From Candidatus Moraniibacteriota bacterium (GTDB lineage Bacteria > Patescibacteriota > Minisyncoccia > Moranbacterales > DUUL01): DNA of 64,000 nt. Shown here piece by piece: positions 30,145-39,405 of this stretch. Position numbers and translations under genes: made by a program. Every line of letters starts with the position of its first letter. Positions within the stretch are counted from its first letter, which is position 1. The stretch lies in NCBI GenBank assembly GCA_041583775.1, contig JBFHFF010000005.1, positions 43,988 to 107,987 on the forward strand, read 5' to 3'. The notes under the pieces are model-generated. The model ran no database searches and was not told the DNA's origin. It worked only from the letters and a program-made list of their open reading frames with translations.

Positions 30145-31332
30145 ATGCGAGAAAATAAAAATAAATTAAAAAATAAACTAGCGTTAATAAACCTGATTGC
30201 CATTATGCTTGGCTTTCAGTTGGGTTTGGTTTTGTTTGTCTTCTCAACTTTTTTGGCAAATCAAGTGGGTGAAAAAAGTGTTGGGTGGCTTTTTTTTGTG
30301 GGATATTTAGTTTCTTTTTATATTTTAATAAGAATGCATTCTTTGATTAGAAAACTTGGAACGACACAAGCATTCTTTATTTTTGTGGCGATTAGTTGGA
30401 TATCTTTGATTGGGATGGGAGCCTTTTGGTTTCATCCAATTTCCATTATCTTTGCTATTTTTTTCTTGATAGGAAACACGATTTCATGGACAGTTTTGGA
30501 TATTTTACTTGAGTCACATTCGGATGATAAGACCACCGGAAGAACGAGGGGTTTGTTTTTGGTGATACTAAACGCAGGCGTCTTAGTTGCACCCTTTATT
30601 TCAACTTGGTTGGTACAAAACAGCGAGAATGGTTTTCAGCTGGTCTTTTATATTGCATCTTTTTTTAGCTTCATTCCTTTGATAATTTTGGCACTATTTT
30701 TTTCGGAACGAGAGGGTGTTTGTGTAAAAAGAAAGAAAAATTTTCATATAGTAAAAGAACTTTTACTACGAAAAAATATTCTAAGAATTTACTTAGTATC
30801 CTTTCTGTTGGATTTGTTCTATGCAGTTACAGTTGTATATACACCAGTTTATTTGCTTGATATAGGGCTATCTTGGATTGAGATCGGGAAAATTTTTACG
30901 GTAATGTTAATCCCATTTGTTATTTTGCAATATCCCCTAGGTGTTATTGCTGACAAAAAAACTGGCGAGAAGGAGTTGATAATAGCATCCCTGTTTGTTT
31001 TAGCTATTTTCACTATTATTATTGGCCTTTTCAATGCCCCAAATGTTGCGATTTGGATGGGAATTCTTTTAACAACAAGGATTGGAGCCGCAACGGTTGA
31101 AATTATGAGAGATACTTATTTCTACAAAAAAATAGGTCCAAAAGATATTGAAATTATGGATTTCTATAGAACGACAAAAAATTTAGCCTATATATTTGGG
31201 ATGCCAGTTTTTATTTTTTTGCTTTTTATTTTTCCTTCAAGTTTAAATTATGTCTTTATTCTTTTGGGGATTATCATTGGCGTTGGAATCATTCCAATAC
31301 TTAAGCTTGAAGACACGAAAGCTTCGAATTAG
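30145..31332 (+). CDS. MFS transporter
   Basis: About 12 hydrophobic segments; GVIADKKTGEK motif-A-like loop. Confidence 0.85.
   Translation: MRENKNKLKNKLALINLIAIMLGFQLGLVLFVFSTFLANQVGEKSVGWLFFVGYLVSFYILIRMHSLIRKLGTTQAFFIFVAISWISLIGMGAFWFHPISIIFAIFFLIGNTISWTVLDILLESHSDDKTTGRTRGLFLVILNAGVLVAPFISTWLVQNSENGFQLVFYIASFFSFIPLIILALFFSEREGVCVKRKKNFHIVKELLLRKNILRIYLVSFLLDLFYAVTVVYTPVYLLDIGLSWIEIGKIFTVMLIPFVILQYPLGVIADKKTGEKELIIASLFVLAIFTIIIGLFNAPNVAIWMGILLTTRIGAATVEIMRDTYFYKKIGPKDIEIMDFYRTTKNLAYIFGMPVFIFLLFIFPSSLNYVFILLGIIIGVGIIPILKLEDTKASN
31151..31321 (+). repeat. Direct repeat copy 1 (171 bp, 3' end of the MFS gene)
   Basis: AAATTATGGATTTCTATAGAACG...CTTGAAGACACGAAAG recurs at 33475-33645 with about a dozen substitutions. 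Confidence 0.95.
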
Positions 31333-31578
31333 AAATCTATTCCAAAAAAGGCAATAAAATGCCTTTTTTATCAACTTTTACAAGTTCATATTTATAATCT
31401 AAATTCATAATGGAAAAGATTATTTGCTTATATATCCAAGGATATATCTGATAAAAAATGCAAAAAAAAGATTCTTGATTATTTTTATTAAAGTGATATT
31501 ATCTATTCGTGAGTCTGGGAAATAAATAATAGGAGTTTTTAATTGGTCGTTTTCGGCCATTTTTATTTGCAAAAATAT

Positions 31579-33349
31579 ATGAAAAATAAGTTTTTTAATT
31601 ATTTTGGCGCTTTGTCAGCTTTAGGTTTAGTAGCGTTATTTTCTTACCTGCTTTATGATAAAAAAATATTTTTTTTGATTGAAAATAGTCATGAACATGA
31701 ACTACTTCTAATCTTTTTTGTTATTGCAGTACTTTTTTCCTTAAGTTTCGCAGTTTTTTATATATCGCACCTGATTAAGTTACCTTCTTTTGTTTTGGCA
31801 ATATTTTTTGGGTTAGCAGCCAAGCCAATACTTCTTCCAGTGTTGGATAACTCTGAAGCATTGGGAATAATAGTGGGCCTGGGTGCAACTTTGATATTAT
31901 TTTCTGGCGGACTGGAAACGCCATTTCCAAATTTTAAAAAATTAATCTGGAAGATATTTTCACTTTCATTTGTTGGTTTGTTTATAACGGCTTTTCTCTT
32001 TTCCTTTCTTGTTTGGTATATAGGTGGTGTTTGGCTTGGCGGAGTGTCGATGATATCCGCTGTGTTATTAGGAGCAATTCTCGCTTCCACTGATCCAGCA
32101 GCGATAATACCAGTTCTAAAAAATATTCGTTTTAAAAATCCATCGACTAAGCATATTATTATTTCTGAAAGTGCGGTAACTGATGTTATTGGCACTTTAT
32201 TGACTGTGGTTTTTTTGGCTTTCATTATGAGTGGGCAGTCTTTTTCTGGGATACTAAATTGGTATGCCTCAATATTCAACCCAAAAAGCGGACTTATTTT
32301 GCTTAAGCAGTTGTTTTTCGGCGGTCTTCTGGGAGTTATTGGTTATTGGTTGCTGGAAGGACTTAGTCGATTTAAAAAAAAGATATAGTCAAGAATTTGA
32401 AGCAGATTCAGCATTCTTCCTTTTTGTGCCAATAATGATTTTTGTTTTTGCTTTGTTGTTTGGCGGTAGTGGCTATCTAGCAGCATTTATCGCTGGGTTG
32501 ATATTTCATTGGACTGACAATCTACACGAAACTGAGCACTTTTTTAACAATCTAGTTGATGGATTTTTGAAGCCAGTAGTTTTTATTTTGTTAGGAGGAT
32601 TAGTTGATATAGGAAGTCTAATAATCTATGCACCAATTGGTATTTTATTGGCTTTTATATTCATGTTTATTATTAGACCAATTGCCGTTTTTGTATCTTT
32701 GTCACCATATTATTATTTTGGTGAAGAAAAAATTAGTTTTAAGGATTTGTTATTTATTTCCTTTGTGCGTGAAACGGGGGCTATCCCTGCTGTATTGATG
32801 GTGACAGTAATCAGTTTGGGTATTAGTGGTCTAGATGGTTTATTGGAGATAGGTATGTGGATAATTTTACTTACATTGATCATCGAACCAGTTCTTACTC
32901 CGTTTGTAGCCAAATATTTGCAAGTAGGGGAGGTTATTAAAGATAAAACTAAAATTGAATTAAGTGAGTTGCCTTTGGTGGTCCTGGGTACGCGTGGCCT
33001 AACTTTTATTGAACGTTTGCCAAAAGTTGTGAATTGGGCAAACAAACACATGATAAAAAATGTAACAGTATTGCTTTGTTTGGAGGATAAATATACTGAA
33101 GAATATGAAAAGGAGGTTAAAGAATTTGCGGAAATTAAATTCAAAAAAATAAACAACGAAATGCTTTCCAAGGGCCTGCCAGTAATCACTTTTGATATAA
33201 TCAGCAGGGGAGGATTTCTTCAAGAGGATATACACAAAATATGTCAAAATAATGACACCGTGACTGTTGTGTTCGTTGGTCGTAAAATGTTGGATTATCG
33301 ATTAAATGAAATCAAAAATCTCAACGCACCATTGTATTTTATGGATTGA
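31579..33349 (+). pseudogene. NhaP-type cation/proton antiporter (CPA1) split by a +1 frameshift in an A8 run at 32374-32381
   Basis: ILFSGGLE, ASTDPAA and ESAVTDV in ORF1; GYLAAFIAG and IIRPIAV in ORF2; removing one A joins FKK to RYSQEF. Confidence 0.8.
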
Positions 33350-33474
33350 TCACTGTGGTGACAATAAGATTTGTAGCAAGTAACATCGCTCGCGAGTGAT
33401 GTTACAAGTCAGAAAGAAAGGTAAGTTTGCTTCAGCGTCAAATAAAGGTCCGAGTTACAAACTCGGACCAGCGC

Positions 33475-33645
33475 AAATTATGGATTTCTATAGAACGACA
33501 AAAAATTTAGCTTATATACTTGGAATGCCAGTTTTTATTTTTTTGCTTTTTATTTTTCCTTCAGGTCTAAATTATGTCTTTACTCTTTTGGGGATTATCA
33601 TTGGTATTGGAATCGTTCTAATATTTAAGCTTGAAGACACGAAAG
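33475..33645 (+). repeat. Direct repeat copy 2 (orphan MFS 3' end)
   Basis: Encodes IMDFYRTTKNLAYILGMPVF...KLEDTK, almost identical to the MFS C-terminus. Confidence 0.95.
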
Positions 33646-33710
33646 TGTCAAAATGAAAATAGTTTCACAAGAGTTGTTCTTGTAAATGCTTATTAATTTT
33701 TTTATAAAAA

Positions 33711-34832
33711 TTAACTATTTTCTGAAAAATGTTTTTTAATTGAATCTTTCATCGCAGATGATAAAAAGGTTGGCACAGCGTTTCCGATTTGTAAATTTTT
33801 ATCACTTCTTGAACCAAAAAAAATGTAGTTATCGGGAAAACATTGTATTCTTGCCCCCTCTCTTGTCGTAAGTGGTCTCGGTGCTTTTGGGTGAATACAT
33901 CTTGAGGAAGATGGTGTGCTTAAATTCCTCGTGATGGTTGTGCTTGGTCTGTTCCACCATAATCTGCAATAAGTATTTGCAAAACCGCTTTTAGGCCTTA
34001 AGTTTTTAGGTAAGTCCCGCGGAGTTCCTCCATCGGGAAGGTTTTCCATAATTTTTACTAATCCTTTATTATTATTTGGCGAGTTATGATCCATTAGTTT
34101 TTCTGGAGCATTTTTCCGCATTAATTTTTGAAAATTATTCATTGGCTTCAAGGCATATTCGAAGCTTTCTTCATTGCTTTTGATGAAAGGTAAATCACTT
34201 ATTGCATCGGAAAGCTTTAGGTAGGGTAATAATTTTTTTGTCAAAAGATTTTTTTCTTCTTCTGGATTATAGTGTGTCGGCTGAGGATAGTTAAATGGAT
34301 GATTTAACTTGGTTCCTATGATTATAATTCTTTCCCTGACTTGTGGCGCTCCGTAGTCAGCAGAATTTAACACTTTATAGGCAATTTCATATCCTAATGA
34401 CTCAAATAACAAGAGAATCGTTTTTAATAATTCACCCTTTTGCATAGATAGAAGGCCTTTTACATTTTCAAATAAAAATACTTTTGGGTTTAATTCTTTT
34501 AAAACTCTGTAATATTCTTGAAACAACTTTCCTTTTGGATCAGTCACTAGTCTTTTTCCTACGGTCGAATACGCCTGACAAGGAGGGCCGCCAACAATCA
34601 AATCAATTCCACCCTTATTAATTCCAAAATCTTTTTGTAAATCTTTGATTCCGAAATCTTTTATGTCTTTGCAATAAACTTTTACCGAAGGGTGGTTTAG
34701 TTCGTAAGCTTTGGCCATATTGGGCAATATTTCATTTGCGGCAACAATTTCAAAGGCATCATCATGAGCAAAGCCATAACTTAAACCTCCAACGCCAGCA
34801 AACAAATCTATAATTTTGATTTTTTTAGCCAT
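33711..34832 (-). CDS. dcm: DNA (cytosine-5)-methyltransferase
   Basis: DLFAGVGG (motif I), GGPPCQ (IV), FENVKG (VI), QVRER (VIII), REGARIQ (IX), QIGNAV (X). Confidence 0.96.
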   Translation of the reverse strand: MAKKIKIIDLFAGVGGLSYGFAHDDAFEIVAANEILPNMAKAYELNHPSVKVYCKDIKDFGIKDLQKDFGINKGGIDLIVGGPPCQAYSTVGKRLVTDPKGKLFQEYYRVLKELNPKVFLFENVKGLLSMQKGELLKTILLLFESLGYEIAYKVLNSADYGAPQVRERIIIIGTKLNHPFNYPQPTHYNPEEEKNLLTKKLLPYLKLSDAISDLPFIKSNEESFEYALKPMNNFQKLMRKNAPEKLMDHNSPNNNKGLVKIMENLPDGGTPRDLPKNLRPKSGFANTYCRLWWNRPSTTITRNLSTPSSSRCIHPKAPRPLTTREGARIQCFPDNYIFFGSRSDKNLQIGNAVPTFLSSAMKDSIKKHFSENS

Positions 34833-34840
34833 ATTTTTCC

Positions 34841-35677
34841 CTACAAGAAAGATAAATCGTTATATTTTGGTGGTTTTTCTGTTAATTTCCAGAAGAAATA
34901 ATTTTGGTCTATATTAAAAACAGTTTGCCCCTCCATTTGTTGTCTTGTAATCCAATTAACACTATCATCATTGACTTCATCTATTTTCACAAAAGCAACT
35001 TGACCATTAAATAAATCAAAATGAATAACCATTGAAGAGATATTTTCTTCCCTTCTGATTTTCTTTCCTTCTAAAACTTTATGTTGTTTTATATCATTTA
35101 TGCCCTGGAATCCAGACTGAACTTCAATTCTTATTTTCTCACCATTCTTTAAATTAATTTGCAAATCAGCTTTCGGTGTTCTTTTAAATGTTTCAATGTT
35201 TACCAAATCGTCATCTCCAATTAAATCAATATTTTCTATATCAACATCAAAAATTTGACTTAAGGCATTTAAAAAGTATGAAGAAATCACAAAACCACGC
35301 ATCCATGAAAAATAAACCTCCTCAGGTCTTCTCCCTTGATTGTTTAGTCTGGAAATAATATCGTGAGTCTTCAGTTTATTGAAGACTGTTTTTATGTTTT
35401 CATTACAAAAAGAATCTAAATCTTTAACCTTTACATCTTCGATGACCATATCATTTATTTTCACAATTATTTCAAAAAGTCTGTTGTTTAGCAATTCAAT
35501 ATAATTATAATCAACTGTTGGTGTTATGTCCTTTGCAGCAAAAAAAGCTTTAACACCGTTTTGATTTGTAAAGCCAAGTATTTCTCTATACTCTTTGAAA
35601 TATTTTGCATCAATTGTCTTTGTATCATTTTCCATAAAAGTGAAATTTATTTGTTTTTTAGTTATTTTTTTACCCAT
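34841..35677 (-). CDS. Probable type II restriction endonuclease
   Basis: 8 bp upstream of the C5 MTase; PD-(D/E)xK-like ADL...IEVQ segment. Confidence 0.75.
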   Translation of the reverse strand: MGKKITKKQINFTFMENDTKTIDAKYFKEYREILGFTNQNGVKAFFAAKDITPTVDYNYIELLNNRLFEIIVKINDMVIEDVKVKDLDSFCNENIKTVFNKLKTHDIISRLNNQGRRPEEVYFSWMRGFVISSYFLNALSQIFDVDIENIDLIGDDDLVNIETFKRTPKADLQINLKNGEKIRIEVQSGFQGINDIKQHKVLEGKKIRREENISSMVIHFDLFNGQVAFVKIDEVNDDSVNWITRQQMEGQTVFNIDQNYFFWKLTEKPPKYNDLSFL

Positions 35678-35962
35678 TTAATTTATTTGCAAATGGTTTC
35701 TATTTTTTTGATTTGTTTTAATTTGGGTGTGTGCGAAAATTGAGTATTACTTGTTTAGTAAATCGTATAACTTAGCTCTGTTGTTGTATTTGTGTTTTTT
35801 GGTCAAGCAAATAAACTACTTTTAATAGTTTACATTTTTCATTTAAATTTTACCAGTATAAGTCTTTTGACTTAATTAAATATTTTTTAGTAAGGTTGTT
35901 TCGACCTGTGAATTCGCCAAAGAAATTCTAAAAATGAATAAATAAATTTCTGGGTATTTCAC

Positions 35963-36046
35963 ATAATGTGCGCAGATAATCCGAAGCTTCTTGGAGTAAA
36001 TCTCGAATAATGTGCGCGGATAATCCGAAGCTTCTTGGAGTAAATC
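35963..36046. repeat. Tandem 40-bp duplication (period 44) of the left arm of an attC-like site
   Basis: ATAATGTGCGC(A/G)GATAATCCGAAGCTTCTTGGAGTAAATC at 35963 and 36007. Confidence 0.95.
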
Positions 36047-36195
36047 CCAAATGGGTTTGCGGAGAGAAATTTCGGATATCCGTTGTTAAATGAAATTGGC
36101 TAAACGGTTAGTTTAATTCCGATGAATAATGATATTAAAATCACTAAATGATAATCTAAGTTAATCGCGAGCCAACCTCACTTAACAGGTTGTAT
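36005..36195 (-). other. Degenerate, overlapping attC-like fold-back sites
   Basis: GGATAATCCGAA/TTCGGATATCC stem ending in GTTAAAT (36085); second stem TGTTAAATGAAATTGGCT/AGCCAACCTCACTTAACA ending in GTTGTAT (36189). Confidence 0.5.
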
Positions 36196-36270
36196 ATGGT
36201 TTCGCAGAAAAGAAAATCACAAATATTCTTTTAAAATTAAATAGTCTTTTTTTGAAATTTTTTTAGGAAA

Positions 36271-36310
36271 GAAAAAGCCCCACGATTTTATAATTCTCGT
36301 GAGGCTCATT
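36271..36310 (-). terminator. Intrinsic terminator of the 88-aa cassette gene
   Basis: Minus strand GAGCCTCACGA...TCGTGGGGC followed by TTTTTC. Confidence 0.7.
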
Positions 36311-36335
36311 TGGCAACGTAGCGAGCGGGTACGCC

Positions 36336-36602
36336 CTAGTGGATGACTTCGGGGATTTTGCCCGCGCGAACGTCAGCTTCGGTTAAAAGTTCGTAGTATT
36401 TACCCTTTTCCGTGCTACCTGGCTCCGAGAAAATCGGCGTCATGTCTTCTTCTCCGTCGGCAAATCTGATCACAAAACATGGTCGCGGTTCTTTGTTTTC
36501 TGGAGTAGACATGTTTACCCCGATAACCTCGGCGGGCGTACCCGCTCTGAATGAATACCGATGCGTACCGACTAAAAAAAGCTTTTCCTGCTTATCTGCC
36601 AT
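36336..36602 (-). CDS. 88-aa hypothetical cassette protein
   Basis: GGAGG RBS, its own terminator, visibly higher GC than the flanks. Confidence 0.75.
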   Translation of the reverse strand: MADKQEKLFLVGTHRYSFRAGTPAEVIGVNMSTPENKEPRPCFVIRFADGEEDMTPIFSEPGSTEKGKYYELLTEADVRAGKIPEVIH

Positions 36603-36808
36603 TGTGAATCCTCCTTGTTTATAGGGTCTTTTATATTTTTGCCAGAATTATTACTGACAGTCTATTAAAGCATATTTTATTATAAATGTCCAGTGCTATG
36701 AACAAAAAATTTCAAAAAAAGACTAAAATTAAGGAAAATATTTGTGATTTTCTTTTCTGCTCCACCCAAATTTTCAAAATGAATATAATTTTTATAAGGT
36801 ATTTTGAA

Positions 36809-36945
36809 AACTTCAGATACAACAGATGTTATACGGAGTTCCGCGGAGCGCAACGGAGTGTGACAGCGGAGATATACGCGCACGTTATTCGCAATGGAGC
36901 GTAGCGTAATTGCGAATAACGTATCGGCATCATCTGAAGTTGCGC
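36809..36945 (-). other. attC-like site D
   Basis: AACTTCAGAT/ATCTGAAGTT and GATGTTATACG/CGTATCGGCATC stems; ATACAAC (36817) and GTTGCGC (36939) cores; two internal hairpins. Confidence 0.65.
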
Positions 36946-37010
36946 CCATTTTTATGGACTAAAACTTCAAATATCCGTCTTTCCTAATTATATCACTAAA
37001 CTTTGCCATA

Positions 37011-37095
37011 TCACAACGCAATTTGGGAGAGGAAATTTTGCTTTCCTTGATTATTAAAAGTGTAAAATTTCTGAACCAGATATGCCGTGTTAGCT
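37011..37095 (-). other. attC-like site C
   Basis: TCACAAC-GCAATTTGG...GAAATTTTGCTTT/AAAGTGTAAAATTTC...CCAGATATGC-cgt-GTTAGCT. Confidence 0.65.
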
Positions 37096-37216
37096 GATGT
37101 ATTTTTTTGTCTTCTTCTCTATTGGCACAAACTTTGTTTATTCTAAAAGAAAATTTGATTTTTGTTTTGGATTTTTGGCAGAGGGGTCAGGGGTGAATTC
37201 CCAAAATCAAAAACTC

Positions 37217-38089
37217 CTAATTACAATTATGTTTTATCTTGGATACACCATTATTATAATAAGACAAGTTCTTGCTTTTTAGTAAAAGTTCAACATTTTT
37301 ACCATTAGTAATTTTTTTCTTTTTTAAAATTGCTTTCTTCGGTTCTGGTTCGTGGTGAGTCAAGAGTCCCATTTTTGACCAATACATATTCCTTATCCAA
37401 TAACCATTCTCATCAATATGGCTATGCACGGGTATCCTATCTTTCAAATTTAATAATTTTTGAATTGCTGTTTTTCGGGCAACTCCTCCATAATTTTCCT
37501 CATTGCTCACAGCTTTCAAATATTTTGCGTATAACAATTTTTCTAACATTACATTTCCACCTTTTTGATACAGAAATAACTCTTCGTATTTTTTAAAAAA
37601 ATCGCCGTAGTTAATCGGAAACATTTTATATTTCGTAGCCCATTTCAAATCAAGTACAAAAAAATCTACAGCCATTCCAAAATCCCTTATTTCGTTTCGC
37701 TCAGGAAGTCCCCAAGGACAAGTAGCTAAATATAAATTGTTCTCTTTCATTTTTCTTAAGATTTTTTCAACATAATCTGGCTTGATGAGCCAAGTGTCTG
37801 AAGCTAAAACAATAACATAATCAATATTTTTGTATTTTTTCTGAAATGTTTTGATTCCAGCATCAATTAAATCAGATGCGCCTTGAAAATGCCAGCTATT
37901 TTCCAATGTCACTAAATCATTTTCCAGATATTTTTTTGCGTACCAATTTTTCTCACCATTAAAAGTATGGATTATTTTTATATCTTCAAAATGTTTGGGT
38001 TTTTCCCAAACATTCCTAATGATGTCCATATTTATTCTGGCATCATCCGTTCTATTGTATGTGTAGATTAAAACTCCGATATTTTTCAT
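37217..38089 (-). CDS. GT-A-fold (GT2-like) cassette protein
   Basis: IGVLIYTYNR N-terminus and DYVIVLASDTW (DxD-like) segment. Confidence 0.6.
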   Translation of the reverse strand: MKNIGVLIYTYNRTDDARINMDIIRNVWEKPKHFEDIKIIHTFNGEKNWYAKKYLENDLVTLENSWHFQGASDLIDAGIKTFQKKYKNIDYVIVLASDTWLIKPDYVEKILRKMKENNLYLATCPWGLPERNEIRDFGMAVDFFVLDLKWATKYKMFPINYGDFFKKYEELFLYQKGGNVMLEKLLYAKYLKAVSNEENYGGVARKTAIQKLLNLKDRIPVHSHIDENGYWIRNMYWSKMGLLTHHEPEPKKAILKKKKITNGKNVELLLKSKNLSYYNNGVSKIKHNCN

Positions 38090-38245
38090 AACTTCTTAAG
38101 ATTAAATCGTTTTTCTTCCTCTTATAAAAAAATATAAAAAAGAAAAACTTTTTAATACCCCTCTATAAAATAATAAAAAATCAAATTTTCGTCTTTATTT
38201 AACGCACTTAGCGCTTGATTTCAGTATAGATAAAAAACTTATTTC

Positions 38246-38332
38246 GCACAACATTCGAGATTAAGAGAAGTTTTGTCGAAGACAAAATTTGGATGGAGCC
38301 TGCAAGGCGGAATCTCTAAATCCTTGTTATAC
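38246..38332 (-). other. attC-like site B
   Basis: GCACAAC...GATTAAGAGA/TCTCTAAATC...GTTATAC; internal AAGTTTTGTC-gaa-GACAAAATTT and GCC-tgcaa-GGC hairpins. Confidence 0.75.
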
Positions 38333-38405
38333 GTTTTTTCTGCAAGAAAAAATCGCGAAATGAAATGAAGCGACAGTATGACTCAGACATTTTTTCTAAC
38401 TAAAG

Positions 38406-39185
38406 TTAAAGAACACGCCACGGTTTTTTTGTATCTATAAATTCTACATCAAGCTCAGGAAATTTCTTTTTAAGAAGTTCAAATAAATTTATCATTCCAG
38501 GTTTTTCTGAATAATATCCTCCAACATCTATGATTGGTAAATCTATTTCAGTTGCATATCTTGCTCTACCATCAGCAATATCTCCTGAAATAAGAACATC
38601 TGCTCCTTTTTTCTTTACATATTCAATCATTTCTATTAGTGAATTCCCAGAACCTGAAATTACAGCAACTTTATTTATTGTTTTATTATCTTCATTAGAA
38701 GTTAATAATAAATTTGGACAATTCAATTTATCTTTTACAATTTGAACAAACTCAATTAAAGAAGTTGGTGCAATTTCTCCAACTCTTCCGTAAGGAATTT
38801 TAATTACATTTTGAAGATTGAATAATTTAACCAAAGTCTCATTATTTCCTTCTTTTGCATCATCCCATTGTGAATGATATCTATAAACAAGAATATTATT
38901 TTCAGATAAAATTCTTTTCCTTTCAGAATTTGGCAAAAAGGTTAATTCTTCTTTTGGGATGATTGCACTTTTCTCTGAATGAAATAATGGTTCATGTGTT
39001 ATAAGAAAATCAATCTTATTTTGAGCAGATTGTTTTAAAACATCAACCGTTGCTCTCCAAGTAACACCAATTTTTTTGATGTCTTTTGATTTCTCTCCAA
39101 AAATAAAATCAAATTCTTCACCTTTATAAGCAAGTGATTTTGGAGCTAATTCTTCTAAGTATTTTGAAATTTCCTGAGCGTTCAT
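38406..39185 (-). CDS. NIF3/YbgI-family dinuclear metal protein (cassette)
   Basis: DFLITHEPLF, VYRYHSQWD, VAVISGSG, DVLISGD and IDVGGYYSE motifs. Confidence 0.85.
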   Translation of the reverse strand: MNAQEISKYLEELAPKSLAYKGEEFDFIFGEKSKDIKKIGVTWRATVDVLKQSAQNKIDFLITHEPLFHSEKSAIIPKEELTFLPNSERKRILSENNILVYRYHSQWDDAKEGNNETLVKLFNLQNVIKIPYGRVGEIAPTSLIEFVQIVKDKLNCPNLLLTSNEDNKTINKVAVISGSGNSLIEMIEYVKKKGADVLISGDIADGRARYATEIDLPIIDVGGYYSEKPGMINLFELLKKKFPELDVEFIDTKKPWRVL

Positions 39186-39246
39186 ATTATTATTAAAGTG
39201 GAGTCTTCTTATATATAATTTTCTAAAAATGTCTGAGTCATATTGC

Positions 39247-39396
39247 GTATAACGTTTCCGAATATGAGAAGTTTTTGCCCGCTTCCTAATTATATTTCAA
39301 AAGAAGAAAAGGGCAAAAATTTGGGTTGAGAAAAATTTGTATTCCTTGATTTATATAATTGCGCAAATTTTTTGAACCTCATATTCGGTGTTGTGC
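39247..39396 (-). other. attC-like site A
   Basis: GTATAAC-gttt-CCGAATATGAG...CTCATATTCGG-t-GTTGTGC (11-bp perfect stem); two internal hairpins. Confidence 0.8.
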
Positions 39397-39405
39397 GATG
39401 TTGTT

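Noticed and set aside
33396-33656. 86-aa ORF as a real gene
   Set aside because: It is hairpin sequence read in frame with the duplicated MFS 3' end, with no RBS.
35963-36046. 40-bp direct repeat pair as a CRISPR array
   Set aside because: Only two copies, a 4-bp gap instead of a spacer, and no cas genes; better explained as a duplicated att-site arm.
36680-36949. ORFs 36680-36949 (-) and 36686-36904 (+)
   Set aside because: They run across inverted repeats and attC-like site D; no RBS or protein-like features.
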